Part shown: positions 42,548-59,789 of the stretch, piece by piece
Position numbering within the stretch: position 1 is the stretch's first letter
Layout of the letters: each line of letters begins with the position of its first letter
Assembly (NCBI GenBank): GCA_951406725.2
Contig: OX597819.1
Coordinates: 100,750,001-100,814,000 of the forward strand
Length of the DNA: 64,000 bases
From: Octopus vulgaris
Taxonomy: Eukaryota
Direction of reading: 5' to 3'
Notes under the pieces: model-generated
What the model saw: only the letters and a program-made list of their open reading frames with translations
The model's database searches: none
Told to the model about the DNA's origin: nothing
Position numbers and translations under genes: made by a program

Positions 42548-43060
42548 CTAGCAGTATCGCCCGGCGTTGCTCAGGTTTGTAAGGGAATTAACTATATAAG
42601 CATTTTTAGAGAGTTACTTCCCTTATAGATGCCAATTCGGGCTTTCTTAGCCATTTCTGTTTTGGTGTCTTCAAGCCATGAAGTCGTTGTTCTAAAAGAA
42701 CGCTGGTCTCCTTGACAACGCTTTACGACGTTGATTTCCTTACACTCCCTTCCCCACAGCTTCACGAGGGAGGGAAGAAGGGGGAGAAGCAAACAGGTGC
42801 AGGTGTGACCATGGACGCCAACTCCACCGCCATCGACACACGAAAAATTATGTATTAAAATGGAATAAAAAATGATGTTAAATCATTTTTAAAATCGTAG
42901 ACTCATCGTAGACGCGCGCTAATACTCAGACGGGCTCGATATGAATCACGACTATAAGATACCCGAATTTAGTTAAACTGCACCGCAAAATGTGGGAGTA
43001 GTTAGGAATCTAAATCGAAGGGGACAGACACCCACACAACTACAGTTTTATATATATAGA
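42548..43060 (-). mobile_element. Non-autonomous Helitron
   Basis: On minus: A^TCTATATATATAAAACTG...cctgagcaacgccgggcgatactgCTAG^T. 5' TC, subterminal hairpin, 3' CTAG, AT target, no TSD. Confidence 0.88.
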
Positions 43061-43399
43061 TATGTTTATTAGTATAAATAACAACAGTAAGGCAGTGAGG
43101 TAGCAGGATCGTTATTGTGCTGGCCAAAACGCTTCGCGGCTGTGACCTTACCAGTAGAAAAGTATAAAATAAGTACGAGTTTCGTACTGAGGTCTATCTA
43201 ATCGACTGGCTCCCTAATGCCTAGAGTAGAAAAGAATAAAATAAGTACCATTTGAGCATTGGGATCGATATATTCGACCTGCTCCCTCCCCCGGACATAA
43301 TCGACTTGTGCCAAAATTAGAAACCAATATAAATAACAACAGTGACAGCAACACCAACAGCCTTATATGTTTGTTTATCTGAAGAGAGAGAGAGAGAGG

Positions 43400-43430
<31 letters not shown>

Positions 43431-43536
43431 AAATTGATATATATATATATTCTTTTATTCTTTTACTTGTTTCAGTCATTTTGACTGCGGCCATGCTGGA
43501 GCACCGCTTTTATATATATATATATATATATAGATT

Positions 43537-43619
<83 letters not shown>

Positions 43620-43625
<6 letters not shown>

Positions 43626-43810
43626 GCATATTTCGGTCATATTATGCGGAGAAAATCCCTGGAGAAGGACATCATGCTCGGAATGGTTAGTGGCATCAAG
43701 AGGGATACTGGAATGGACATAGCCAATCTGAAAGAAGCGGCCCAGGATAGAACTGACTGGAGGACACTGATCCAACGAGTAACCGAGAGTTGACTTCGAC
43801 TTAGCGGATA
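43620..43810 (+). mobile_element. RTE (BovB-like) LINE 3' fragment
   Basis: RLAYFGHIMRRKSLEKDIMLGMVSG...LKEAAQDRTDWRTLIQRVTES. Confidence 0.8.
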
Positions 43811-44178
43811 TATATATATATATATATACAGAAGGAGAGAGAGGAAAGGATAAATACAGAAAGAAAGAGAGAGCGATGTAAATATGGAGTAAGCTAGAAA
43901 TAGAGGAGGATTAAATATTATTTTCTACTCTAGGCACAAGGCCTGAAATTTTGGAGCTAGGGGCCAGTCGATTAGATTGACCCCCGTCCGCAACTAGTAT
44001 TTAATTTATCAACTCCGAAAGCATGAAAGCAAAATCGAAAACGATCAAATATCAATACTAAAATAGTCAATGCTTTAGATTATTCAAAATATAAGGTGAA
44101 TTATTTTCAATGAGAACATAATACATTATATACATTATTTATATTTGACGGATATTTGTCCTCATCTTGTTTGTTGTT

Positions 44179-44221
44179 AACACATTTTGGTCGGCATACA
44201 CTCTAGCCTTCATCAGGTGTC
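44179..44221 (-). ncRNA. Degenerate minimal hammerhead motif
   Basis: GACAC-CTGATGA-AGGCTAG..CCGACC-AAAAT-GTGTT. Stem I GACAC/GTGTT is kept and GAAAC is mutated. Confidence 0.6.
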
Positions 44222-44269
44222 TTGGGGAAATTTCGAACCTGGGTTATCATTCCTAAGGTATTTTTTTGA

Positions 44270-44358
<89 letters not shown>

Positions 44359-44361
44359 TTC

Positions 44362-44435
44362 AGGTCACTACCTGGAATCGAACTCGGAATCTTGGGGTTA
44401 GTAGCCCTCGCTCTTAACCACTACGCTATATGCCC
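44362..44435 (-). other. tRNA-derived Pol III promoter head (pseudo-tRNA)
   Basis: gggcaTATAGCGTAGTGGttaagagcgaGGGctactaaCCCcaagattccGAGTTCGATTCCaggtagtgacct: A box, B box and a 7-nt anticodon loop, but a broken acceptor stem. Confidence 0.8.
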
Positions 44436-44441
44436 GTGGTC

Positions 44442-44577
<136 letters not shown>

Positions 44578-44748
44578 TATAATAATAATGCATCTCTTAC
44601 CACGAGCAGAAGTAGTGGGGAAGCATTATAGGTTTGAATAATTCACCTCTAGAAACGGGTGTTTTGTTCAACATTCTTAAACAACCCTTATTCAGGGATC
44701 TTTTGAGCAGGATGGGTTACTCGACCAGAAGAAATTTCTAACTGGGCC

Positions 44749-44792
44749 CCACCTGATGAAGGCTGGAGGTTATATCCGCCGAAACGTGCTAA
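44749..44792 (+). ncRNA. Minimal hammerhead motif
   Basis: CTGATGA (44753)-A-GGCTGGA-ggttata-TCCGCC-GAAAC-GT. Confidence 0.7.
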
Positions 44793-45328
44793 CAACAAGC
44801 AAGCTGAGGACAAATATCCATCAAATTCAAATAATGTAAATAACGTACATAATTCCTCATCTATTAAATATAGAACTGGAAGAACATAATATCATTTTCA
44901 TTCCAAACGTTTATAAACTAGTTCACTACGTGTTTATCTCTCCATCGATGAAAAAATAGGAGCAGTTTACTAACACCTGCGCTTCTGAAAATTATACAGA
45001 CATTTTGCCAATCTTCGATAAGTACGATATAGATAATTAAAACTTTACCACACTGTCTAAAAAATAATAGACATGTTTCTAATTATTTTTTATGCCTGAT
45101 AAGCTACATATTCTGAGTCTACCATCTGAAGGTAGGGTCGATAATGATGATTTTCGGTAGAATGATGTTATAAACGTACGTACGGTGTATGCACTTATGT
45201 TTCTACGTCAGTGCGTATGCATGGACAAGTGACCTTTGGCGATAATTAAATTTGAAAGAAAATCGCCAACGATACACACGCGGTCACATATTGAAATATA
45301 TATACAAGAATATATGTCTAAATAATAT

Positions 45329-45361
<33 letters not shown>

Positions 45362-45514
45362 AATATAAATATAAAGACACACTCACATACACACATATGC
45401 AAATATATATATATATATATATATATGAATATATATAAATATATATCTATATAAACATAGAAATATATACACATGTATAAATTTAGGTATCTCTCCCCCT
45501 CTTCTCTCACTCTT

Positions 45515-45546
<32 letters not shown>

Positions 45547-45652
45547 TTATATATATATATATATATATCTTTATATACGTAACATATTTCTACTATATAT
45601 ATATATATATATATATAGATAAGAAAGTTTGTTTGGTAAAGCACGTGGGTGA

Positions 45653-45980
45653 ATATATAAGAAAATAGTAAAGTGTGAAAAAACGACAGAAGGCTTAAAT
45701 GTTAAAAAATATATATATTTGTGTCAAAATGTCTGGAGAATATTGGAAAAATTTTTTTCCTTTCCTTAAAATGACATAATTTTTAAATTTTTAAAGAAAT
45801 TACCGGTTTCGCGTGTAGCTTTTCAAATTTCTTGTGACGTTATGTTTTTAAAATTATGTCATTTTAAGGAAAGGAAAAAAAATTTTCCAATATTCTCCAG
45901 ACATTTTGACACAAATATATATATTTTTTAACATTTAAGCCTTCTGTCGTTTTTTCACTCTTTACTATTTTCTTATATAT
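45653..45980. repeat. Inverted repeat, arms about 135 bp, spacer about 59 nt containing an HHR-like motif
   Basis: 45653-45787 is the near-perfect reverse complement of 45847-45980. Flanked by (TA)n. Confidence 0.95.
45794..45833 (-). ncRNA. Minimal type-I hammerhead-like motif (core decayed)
   Basis: AAGAAAT-TTGAAAA-GC tacac GC-GAAAC-CG-GTA-ATTTCTT: perfect 7-bp stem I and palindromic ACCGGT stem III. Confidence 0.65.
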
Positions 45981-47088
45981 ATATATATATATATATATTG
46001 TTGAGTAACTAATTTTAAATACGTACTTATTTTGTGTTATTAATATCTTGTACGTCATATACATCCATTGCGTCAAGCTCACGAAATACTTGACTGAATT
46101 ACCCCCAAGCTAAGTTGTAGTGGATCTAGCTCTAAAACTATGATCTCACCCCTCTGCTAAAAGAACACCTTCCAGAAAGCAATTGAAGAAAAAAAAATAG
46201 TTCCTGCAGAAATTATCAACACATGGCAAACTATTACACATACATTTCTTTGATCAAGTCGGACAAAGTGAAGTACTTTGTTGTACATTCGTAGTTTGTT
46301 GCGTGAAAATTTAAGCTATCTCTGCACGTTTGAGTAAGACTAAAATACGAACCTTTTATGTTTGTGATGTTGAATGTGTTTAAGAGTTCACTTGGTGGTA
46401 GCAAATTGGCATCCTTCAAGACAAAATCCATTACCCTCACGCACAGGCATACGTGTTTATATGTGATTGCGCTCCCAGTCTGTGCGTGGTAGGGGAGTTT
46501 GCGTTTTGTACGCACGTGTACGTGTACAGAAGACCATGTGCGCGCGAGAGCGCGCAAGAAAATTGAGGCTTAAGCGTATTAGCATAAATTTCAGTTTTGT
46601 AACAACTTAGGTTTAAGTAGAAATTAACGACTTAATTTTTGTAAAATGCTAGTTAATTAATATTGCTGTTATGGTTTTCCAAATAATCAAATGAGCTGTA
46701 CGAGGTAATTAATCTTTGTGTTAATTAAACTTTTCCTCAATATAATATGAGATGCGTATCTTGATCTTAGTTTAAGATTTTGGCAACTTAATATTGTTTG
46801 ATGAGGCACTCATTATTATTCTGTCAACACCTGCAGGAATCTAAAATTGATAGTAACAACCTCACTTGAATATATGTCAATTAATATAGTCCTATGCACC
46901 ATTACTTACAATAGTGGTTTCAAATTTTTGTACAAGGCCAGCAATTTTGGAGGAGAGAATATATCGCTTACATTGATCTCAATGCCCAGCTGCTACTTAT
47001 TTTAACGAGCAGGAAATATAAAAGGCAAAGTCACTCGGCGAAATTTGAATTCAGAACTTAAAATAATTTACAATAATTTACAAAATAA

Positions 47089-47292
<204 letters not shown>

Positions 47293-47889
47293 ATTTACAA
47301 AATAATTGATAATGTACAACTTAAAAGTACTTCTACCTATTATTTTATGCTGATGTGCTTACGTTCTGGGTTCAAATGCCGCCGAAATGGATTTTGCCTT
47401 TCATTTTTGGTCGATAACATAAGTATCACTAGATTTCTAGGGATCGATCTTAACGGAATTCCACTTCTCTCCCAAACTCTCAGGCTTTGTACCTCTTTAC
47501 TTGCCGTTTCCAGTTCATGCTCGTATCAGTTTGCCTTTCGATCATTCGTAGTTGATAATATAAAGTATCAGCCATGTAATGGTATCAATGATGTTGATCG
47601 ACCAACTCCCTAGTCCAATTTACTGACCACGTGGATACATTAAAATTCATTATTTTTCTGCTGATGTGAACGAAATGAACGGTAACAAAGGACTTTGAAT
47701 ATAGCAAATACAGACATTTACTACAATATTGCTTATAATATTTCTTGCAGAAAGCCCAAGCAATTTGGCAAACATTCACTTTGTCAGCTGCAGCGGAACT
47801 CGAGCAACAAGCTCAGCCATATAATATATAAAAGCTATACACTGTGTGTGTGAGTGTGTGTATATATATAGATATATAGATTCGCCATG

Positions 47890-50800
47890 ATATATTACGC
47901 ATTTTCTCTCCTTGTTTCTTTCTGTGTTCCTTTCTGTGGGAGAGCGTAGGCTCGAAACGTTAAAGACTTTTTCACTTCATCTGCTTGAATCCTCCCCCTA
48001 CATATGTACACACACACACACACACGCGCGCGCGCGCACACACACACACACATTGTTTTGTCCTGCTTACCATTGTTGTTGTTTTTTATTTCTATTTTTT
48101 GTTTCTTGTATTTATATTCGTGTGGCATCCTGTCTTTGTTTCGTATACATTCGATCCTCTTTCCAAGAAATCTAATGCCTGTGGCTTAGTTTTTCCTTGG
48201 GGCTGGCCGGTTCGGTGCGATATCGAGATTAAACAGCCGAAATTGCTAAGATGATCCGGTTCCGACTGAAGATTAGAGGCTTCGAGTGAACCGTCTGTTT
48301 TTTTGTGTGTCGTCTCTTTGTGTGTTTTTGCGTTCTTGTCCCACTTTGTAATTTATATTTTATATTTAATTTCTATATATATATCGCTAAATCCCCAATT
48401 TGTTTTTTATTCTCTGTTTATTTTCTCTTATTCTTTTCTGTTGAAGAGCGTAGATCGAAACGTAAAGGACTTTTTCACTTTCCCGAGCGTCAAACTAATA
48501 TACCTCTTTTTGTTGTTTATACAACTGTCTTCGTTTTTAGTTTTTCTGTAAATGTCAACTATTTTTTATACACTCACTTGGTCAGCCGACTTTTATCCTC
48601 TCACTATTTGGACTTACATGTCATAACGACCACTTGGACTTTCTGCACCTCTCCTCATCTAAATACCAGCACTCTATTTTGATTACTACTGGATGTACTG
48701 ACTCTAACTTTACGGATTTCGCTGGACTCTTTCATTGATGAAAAATCGCTCCAGTATAACACAACTTCTGAACTTTTTGAACGCTTTTTGAACCTTTTTG
48801 AACTTTCTGATTTTTTATACTCCGTACGTTATACTTTGCCTTTCTCTGTCCTTTTCTCCTTTTCGTTTTCTCTTCTTTTCTTCTCTTTTTCTCTCCTTTT
48901 CTCTCCATTTGTTTCTTCTCTTCATGACTTTTGAACTTTCTGAACTTTCATACTCCGTACCTTATTACTTAGCTTTTCTTTCTCCTTTTCTTCTGCTTTT
49001 TGTTTTCTTAAGTTTCTTTGTTCTCTTTTCCAGCATGTTCGATTACAACCCCCCCCCTCATCCACTTTCACTACCACCTAAAGAAACACCTTTCTGCAGC
49101 TTTCAACCTTCTGATATTCAAAAAGAAAAAAAAAACACGTTTCTGTAGTTACGTTTCCTTTTCAGTCGATGCCTTCTCACCACCACCACCTCATCCTCGA
49201 AGTTTTCCACTTTAATTTTCACCCTACTTTCCACTCTGTTTCTTCTATCCTACCGATACTGCGTTCTACTTCTCACCGCTTTATGCGTACCGCCATTCGT
49301 TTAAATCTCTCCGAAATACACGCCTTCTCGCTTGTTCCATCTTTTTCTTCTCTCTTTCAACTTCCGTTGCACATTTCACTCTACTCTTCACAACACGCCA
49401 CCTGAATCTAATGAAGAGGACAGCTTCACCGACCTGGGCCGCCTACCATTCCACTGGACGCCAGCTCCTAACCGGATCTAAGCAGTTGATCATTTTGCAA
49501 GCATCTGCCAACATGTTGTAGGCCGGTTTAACTTTCTCAGGTATCCCCGACATTTTAACATCACCCCGGCCGAACTCACAGCCCTTCGATGTCTCCATCA
49601 GCGCAAATATACCATTAATGACACCTCCTTCTATTGCCTTCTACCCTCCAACCCCACGCCTAACTACCAGCAGACTGTGTCCTCTACTATTCGTAACCTC
49701 ATCTCCTTCCCACCGCCTCCAAACTCATTTTCTGCAATCCACGCATCCTCCACTATTTTCTTCCTTAACAGAATCCACAAGCCCAACAACCGTGGCCGCC
49801 CCATCGCCTCCGCCTGTAACTGCCCAACGGAATTCATTTCTACCATGTCCTTGACAGCCAAGTGGCTTCCTTCCCTTCCCACATCCATGACACTACCTAT
49901 GCTCTCCATGTCTTTAACTATTTCTCCTCCTCTTTTGGCCCCTCTAAATATCTCTTCACTCTTGATATCGAAAGTCTATATACGGTGATCCCACACAACA
50001 TAAAACTTCTTGCACTTAAGCACTTTAGAGAGCTTCGACCCAACCCACAAGCTGACACGTCCACACTTTTTTGTCTAGCCTAAACTGCTTCTCGTTCGCG
50101 GGAGAGTTTTAGCAACAAATTCGGGAATGGCCATGAGGACGAGAATGGGCCCCAACTAAGCGAATCTATTTGTTGGCTACGTTGAGGCACAAATATTCGC
50201 ACGATTCACTGGTCCCACTCCCGAACTATACGGTCGTTAAATTGCTGACTGCATCGGCGCGACCTCACCGAAGAGCTAGAATCCTTCTCTTTTGTCCAAT
50301 CCTTCCATCCTACCCTCGAATTTACCTGCACTATTTTCAACACTTCCGTCGTATTTCTCAAAATTTCTGTCAATATACACCACTCCGCTATCATTACCTC
50401 CATCCACTACAAGCACGCCAACTCACACTCCTACCTTAACTTCCTCCTCCCACCTACCCACACCAAGCTCTTCATCTCCAACTCCCAATTCTTCTGTCGG
50501 AGCGGGCTCTCTAGTGGCAATCATGACTTTGAGATTCAGTCTACACTCATAAGTCACCACTTCATCCTTCGTAGATATTCCCTTACCACTACCCACGCAA
50601 CCCTTTCTAGGGCATGTTACCTGGACCATGGGTCTGCTCTCTCTCCTAGCACTCACCCCGCCGTTGCCCGTCTCCCATTTCCTCTTACCTACCACCTCCA
50701 ATCCGCCTTTTTCTCTTCCTTGATAATACCCCACCTTCGTTTCGAGACCACCAATACTTTATTATTTTCCCTTTTTTCAACCTCTCCTGTCAAACCTTTT

Positions 50801-51010
50801 TTTGTTTTCTAACCAGTCGCCCTGTTTGACCACTAAATCCACAAGTTTTTAATTCTCTCTCCGTTTATTTTCTTTTATATCTTTCTGTTGACGAGCGTAG
50901 GCTCAAAACGTAAAAAGACTCTTTTCACTTTCACGAGCGTCAAACTAATACACGTGCTTGATTTACATACACTTGTCTTGGTCCTTTGATTTTCTGTACA
51001 TTTCAACTAT
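47890..51010 (+). mobile_element. Penelope-like element: tandem pLTRs, decayed RT, 3' pLTR
   Basis: IFFLNRIHKPNNRGRPIASACNCPTE, LFTLDIESLYTVIPH, GMAMRTRMGPN*ANLFVGYVE, LYGR*IADC. Direct repeats with gagcgtaggctcgaaacg at about 47930, 48433 and 50881. Confidence 0.9.
47930..47965 (+). ncRNA. Minimal HHR-like motif in Penelope pLTR (related copies at 47244-47281, 48433-48468, 50881-50918)
   Basis: CTTT-CTGTGGG-A-GAGC gtag GCTC-GAAAC-GT-T-AAAG. The other copies have core CTGTTGA. Confidence 0.65.
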
Positions 51011-52729
51011 ACATGTATGTATGTATGTATGTATGTATGTGTGTGTGTGTGTGTGTTTGATTTATAAATAGACCAGGGACAAAGGAGACATAGAGCGACT
51101 TTTTACATCACGAAAATTTAATTACTATTTCAGAAAGAGTGAAAATTATCTTCAAACTGCTCTACTGTAGAACAAATATAAGGATGCTTTAATAAAGGCT
51201 AAAGGCTTGCTGGTAACAGATATATATGAATTTAGTATAATTTTCGTTAATCTCAGCGAAACAGAATTATTGAGAGTAAACAAAGATGTAGAAGCGTCTA
51301 ATTAAAACAACATTAACGACATTGCACCCCAAATCTGCATAACATAAAAACTCAGGCAATAATTACTTTGATGACATTTCAAGTATACGTCCACATATTT
51401 GCCTACCCCACAAGAATTCGTTGTTTGCTATAGGACACATTGAATAATATTAGTCCCCGTATATAAAAATATTTTTAAAGAATTTATAATCTTAGGTGCA
51501 ACAATATATTTTTTTTTTCATAAATCTGGACGATCTGAGCTTACTTGATGCTAAACATCACACAATAATTAAAGCCACAGCTGAAGTCCACGAGCATCGA
51601 ACTCACCACTTTGTAAATATCCTACAATCTGCATATATTATGCATATCATCTATGCATGTTTAGTTACTTAAAATCGGTACAAGTAGCAAAATATTGCGT
51701 TATTTGTGGAATGGAAAGACATTACATATATTACTAAACGGAGTCTATGCATCTTAAACCCTCCTCGCTAGTGTCAGCCATCTCATACAATCTGTATCTT
51801 GTACACTGCTTTCTTTTCCTCTTTCTACTTTATTGTCATATATCTATCATTTAAATACATCTATGTATTTGTTTTGCAAGATTCTTGATATGAATTCGTG
51901 TGTTGAAACAGATATTTTTATACTTGGGGATGGTCATATTTGGCCAATTAAGCACACGCACTATATTCTTGGTATTCATTTCAGCTTTATTTTAATAATC
52001 TTCATTTCTTTGTTCTAAAATTCATTTGTTACATCTTTTGTGTCTTCTTCATCGACTCCTCTCAGTCGATGGTCTCAGGATGTGTGGCGAAATAAGTTTC
52101 ACAAAGGAACTAAAATAATAATATTAAAGCTGAAGTGAAAACCAAATATATCTTGCATGTGTTTAATTGTTAAAACATGACCATCCTCAAGTATAACAGT
52201 ATTATTCATATTTATATCTGTCTATCTGTCTACCTATAGATTTATCTGTCTAGCCAAATATGTATCCTTCCTCCTATCTATCGGTCTGTCTATCTGTTTG
52301 TCAAAATATCCATCTTTCTCTACCCTTATATAGCTGTGACTACATTCATTTATTATTGCATCTATCTCTCTAAACAGTTCACGCATCTTTTTTAGCCTAT
52401 CTCTCCGTCCCTCAATTCATCCATCTTTCTATCGGCATATGCGTCTATTAACCTATATATCTGCCTACACGTTTATCTACATATCAATCTTCTTATATAT
52501 CTCATACCTAGCCTTATATCTATCTCTTAAAGTGATTATGTGTATATCTATCCGCCTGCATTTGTATGTATGTACGTACGTACGTACGTATGAATGTATG
52601 TATGTATGTATGTATGTATGTATGTATGTATGTATGTATGTATGTATGTATGTATGTATGTATGTATGTATGCATGTATGTATGTATCGTATCTATCTCT
52701 GTATATGTGTGTGTGTGTGTTTGTATGCT

Positions 52730-52786
<57 letters not shown>

Positions 52787-53386
52787 CTACTTTCCGTTTA
52801 CATGCATAGCTACAGCAAACTTAAAGGACGTTATCCGATTTTAAACAGTGGAACAATAAAGTGAAAAAAATAACAAGAAATAAACAATAATTGCGTTGCA
52901 TTAGGCAGAATTGAATATGGGAAAGTCAATTAGATTCGTAGTAATACAACTCAGTGTGTATCTGTGTTTGTACAAATGTGTGCGAGTGAGTGGGTTGTAG
53001 TGGGTGGTGGAATAAAAGGGGAAATAATTGATTGTAACAAAAATGCTAAACTAAATAACGAAAAAAAACAGGAATAATTATATAAACAAACAAAGCGGTA
53101 ATTAACTAAGTAATAAAGAGTGTGGCAGCTGTACATTTGATGCTGTTGAGGGATAATGGTATGAGATGTTAATGATGACTAAATAATTAGAAAAAAAAAT
53201 ATTTGATAATTCTATGAATGAGGAGATGGTATAAAATAGATGTATGAAAGTGACGTAGATTTCTTGAAATTAATTACTTTGAATCGTATATGTACGTATG
53301 TGTGTGTATGTATGTATGTATATATGTATGTATGTATGTATATATATGTGTGTGTGTGTATTTATGCATGTATGTCTGTATGTATG

Positions 53387-53419
<33 letters not shown>

Positions 53420-53637
53420 GTATGTATATATATATATATGTGTGTATGTGTGTGTGCGTGTATGTGTGCGTGTGCGTGTGTGTGTGTAAGTATGTATGTA
53501 TGTACCTATATATGTGTGTGTTTGTGTATGTATGTACCTATGTATATGTGTATATATGCATGTGCGAATCTAAGCGTGTATCTATACACAAGTCTATCTC
53601 ATCTACATCTCTCTCTCTCTCTCTCTCTCTTTCTATA

Positions 53638-53708
<71 letters not shown>

Positions 53709-54051
53709 TTGTCTATCTAGCTAGCTAGCTAGGTAACTAACTAGCTAGCTATCTGTGTATTTCCCTCTTTTCTTCTCTCTCTCGCTCTCTTTCTGTCTGT
53801 CTGACTGTCTGTCTGTCTCTCTCTCTCTCTCTCTACACACACACATAAATATATACGTAAGTTTTTGGACTAATGGGAATATATGACAGTTATTGTATTG
53901 AGTAAAGCACATCCACTGTTTGGGCTACCTGGTGTCATCCACAGCGGCGATTATATTTCCCCTGGATCTACATGAGGAATTCCGGAGTGTTAGTAAAGAT
54001 AATAATCGATGAAGGAAACGGAAGATAGATTTAGCACTAGTCTATATTCAC

Positions 54052-54154
54052 TACGACGATCGTTTCGACCCATCATGCAACTCTCTGTTATGGACGGGCT
54101 ATTGTGCATCTAACTGTGTTGCATTAATCTGTGCAGTTTCTGGGACATCAGGTA
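54052..54154 (-). ncRNA. Degenerate type-I HHR-like motif with long stem II
   Basis: Reverse complement: TAC-CTGATG-TCCCA...ATGCAAC...GTTGCAT..TGGGTC-GAAAC-GATC-GTC-GTA. Confidence 0.6.
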
Positions 54155-54230
54155 CATGCATAAAGAAAGAGATGTCCCGCTAGATATACTGAGTTGTGGT
54201 AGGCACATTGTTCTTGCCCGTTGTATTTTG

Positions 54231-54288
54231 GTTATGACCGGCTAATGAGGCTAGCTATTGCTACCTAGCCCCATTAGCCGGTCATAAC
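54231..54288. repeat. Hairpin with 24-bp arms (one mismatch) and a 10-nt loop
   Basis: gttatgaccggctaatgaggctag-ctattgctac-ctagccccattagccggtcataac. Confidence 0.92.
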
Positions 54289-54324
54289 AAACAGAGAGAT
54301 ATATATCTGCTTATATAGACAAAT

Positions 54325-54620
54325 GTGGAGGGGCAATGGCCCAGTGGTTAGGGCAGCGGACTCGTGGTCGGAGGATCGCGGTTTCGATTCCCAGACCGGG
54401 CGTTGTGTGTGTTTATTAAGCAAAAACACCTAAAAGCTCCACGAGGTTCCGACAGGGGGTGGTGGTGACCCCTGTTGTACTCTTTCGCCACAACTTTCTC
54501 TCACTCTCTCCTCCTGTTTCTTGAGTAACGCTGCGGTGGACTGGCGTCCCGTCCAGCTGTTGGGGAACATATACGCCACAGAAACCGGGCCCATGAGCCT
54601 GTCTAGGTTTGAAAAGGGCG
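54325..54620 (+). mobile_element. tRNA-derived SINE, family C head with a V-like 3' domain
   Basis: Head is collinear with 32210 up to caactttctctcactct, then ctgcggtggactggcgtcccgtccagc. Confidence 0.8.
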
Positions 54621-55185
54621 AAAAAAATATAGACAGATATATATGTGTCTATATATGCAGATATATAAACAGTCAGAAACACAGAGACATAGATAGACAG
54701 CTGGATTGACAGACATCCGAAGATATGCAAGCGCTTGTGTTTTGTTCGTATATATGTGCAAGATATTGTTACAAAAAGCGTTATGAAAAGATAAGCAATC
54801 ACGATCAATATTTGTATAAGAAAAAAAGAAGATAAATGTTTTCTACTTGCACGCACACTCACGCACACACAAGCATACACACACGGGTAGACACTCTGAT
54901 AAGAAATGCGTGTGTGTGTGTAAGTGTGTGTATGTGTGGGTTTGTGTGTATTACGTAGCATCGCTTCATGAATACATACCAGTATATTTATGATCTATAA
55001 TATAAACAATACCGATGATACATTTCATAATGTAGTAATTATTGTGACTAAATGTATTTTGGTTATTTTAGTTAATGTTCTACTAACAGTTGTTTATTTA
55101 ATTTTAGTATAACCATCATTATTATTACAATGTAATCTTTCTTCATCTTCCTCCTCCTCCTCCTCCTCCCCTTCTTCTTCTTCTT

Positions 55186-56010
<825 letters not shown>

Positions 56011-56159
56011 TATTATTGTTATCATCATCATCATCATCATCATCATCGTCATCATCATCATCATCATCATCATCATCGTCATCATCATCATTGTCATCAT
56101 CATCATCATCATCATTGGTTATATCTTATTAACACATTCATGAGATTAATAAGGTAGCA

Positions 56160-56950
56160 AACATACGTCTTGGTCACTTACGCAAGTGACCGCTTCTCAT
56201 TCTCCTCTTTCAATGTTCAGTTGTAGACTCTGTGTAAGGTTTTCACTTGCACCAATCTTACCACGATCATCCACCTTTCAACAAATTTGCTGGTAGGCAA
56301 CACCTCCCTCTCGAACTTCACTGACCTTTGTATTTGTAACTTGAAACAGGTGGTGAGATATCTGAATTTTCAATCTGGTTCACTACTCAACAGCTTTTGC
56401 TAAGGGTACTAGACTGATAGCTACACATTCGATTCAGCCGATAGCCGGATCCGTCCTAGATGCGTTAACGGCTGTTCGAGTCAGCAATGCTCAGGTGCTG
56501 AACGAGTGTGTGCACAACACTTTCATGACTCTCTGATCATCTCGGGCAGGTTCATATGACAGCACTTTAATGTCTATAGAGAGTATCTCGAACTGACAAT
56601 GACCTGAGTGGAATTCCAGGGCCACAGATTGCTACAAATTATCCATGGCCCCCAACTTAACATTTCTTTGTAAAAGATTAGCCAGTTGATTGTCGTTGAC
56701 GTCTCACTGAGAACGTCGTCATTCCAGTCCGTCATTTAACTTCTACAGAACGCCAAAGTTGCTCTTCACCATTTACCCACTTGCTGCAGTAGTGGCTTCA
56801 GTGTCAAAACATTCTGAAGAGATGTGACAGAAAAACTTTGGCAAACTGGCTGCATGATGCTGACTGGCTCCAACAGCTGACCAATTACCCGAACCACAGA
56901 GAAGATATTGCTGTATATTAGGGCGACACAACCGCTGAATACAGGAACGG
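56160..56950 (-). pseudogene. L1/Tx1-clade ORF2 C-terminal remnant
   Basis: Manual translation VRDTLYRH*SAVI*TCPR*SESHESVVHTLVQ (decayed CCHC knuckle)...EREVLPTSKFVERW. Confidence 0.65.
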
Positions 56951-57009
56951 AATCAACTACCGTGACGAAATGATTGACGCGCTTACGATTCTGCCAGTTT
57001 ACCACCTTC

Positions 57010-59234
<2,225 letters not shown>

Positions 59235-59789
59235 AAGAAGAAGAAGAAGAAAAAGAAGAAGAAGAAGAAAAAGAAGAAGAAGAAGAAAAGCACTCGAAGA
59301 GCGAAGATATCCGCCAAGCAGCACATTTTAAGATAGATACATGAGTAAAATTACTAATAGAGAAACGAAAATAAACTTCAGAAACAGCAACGCCACCATA
59401 GGTTACGTGGAAACGATTAACGTGTTTTCAAGGGAGATAATCAAAGAACTTAATATTGTAATACTTTATGTAAAGTAATTATAACAAAAGAAAATTCCTT
59501 CAAGAATCCATAAAAATCCCCAGGTCACTATCAAAATTCCATCATATGTTCCTTGTATCATTATCAACTTTTCCTGCAAGTTTCATCAAATACCGTTCAC
59601 GACTTTTTGAGTTATTTTGCACACAGACGGACAGACGGACAAACCAACGCCGATGAAAACATAACCTCCTTCCTTGGCGGAATAATAATAATCACAACTG
59701 CATTCAGGAGACACGGACCCCGAGTAAAGTTCCTTCATAAGGCATGTAGTCCACTGCGCAGCAGCGTATATAACAAACATGGATAAGAA

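Noticed and set aside
43532-43631. agattggcatat duplicated around (TA)n(GA)n at the RTE fragment 5' end
   Set aside because: Partly composed of microsatellite-like bases, and too short to distinguish abortive priming from slippage.
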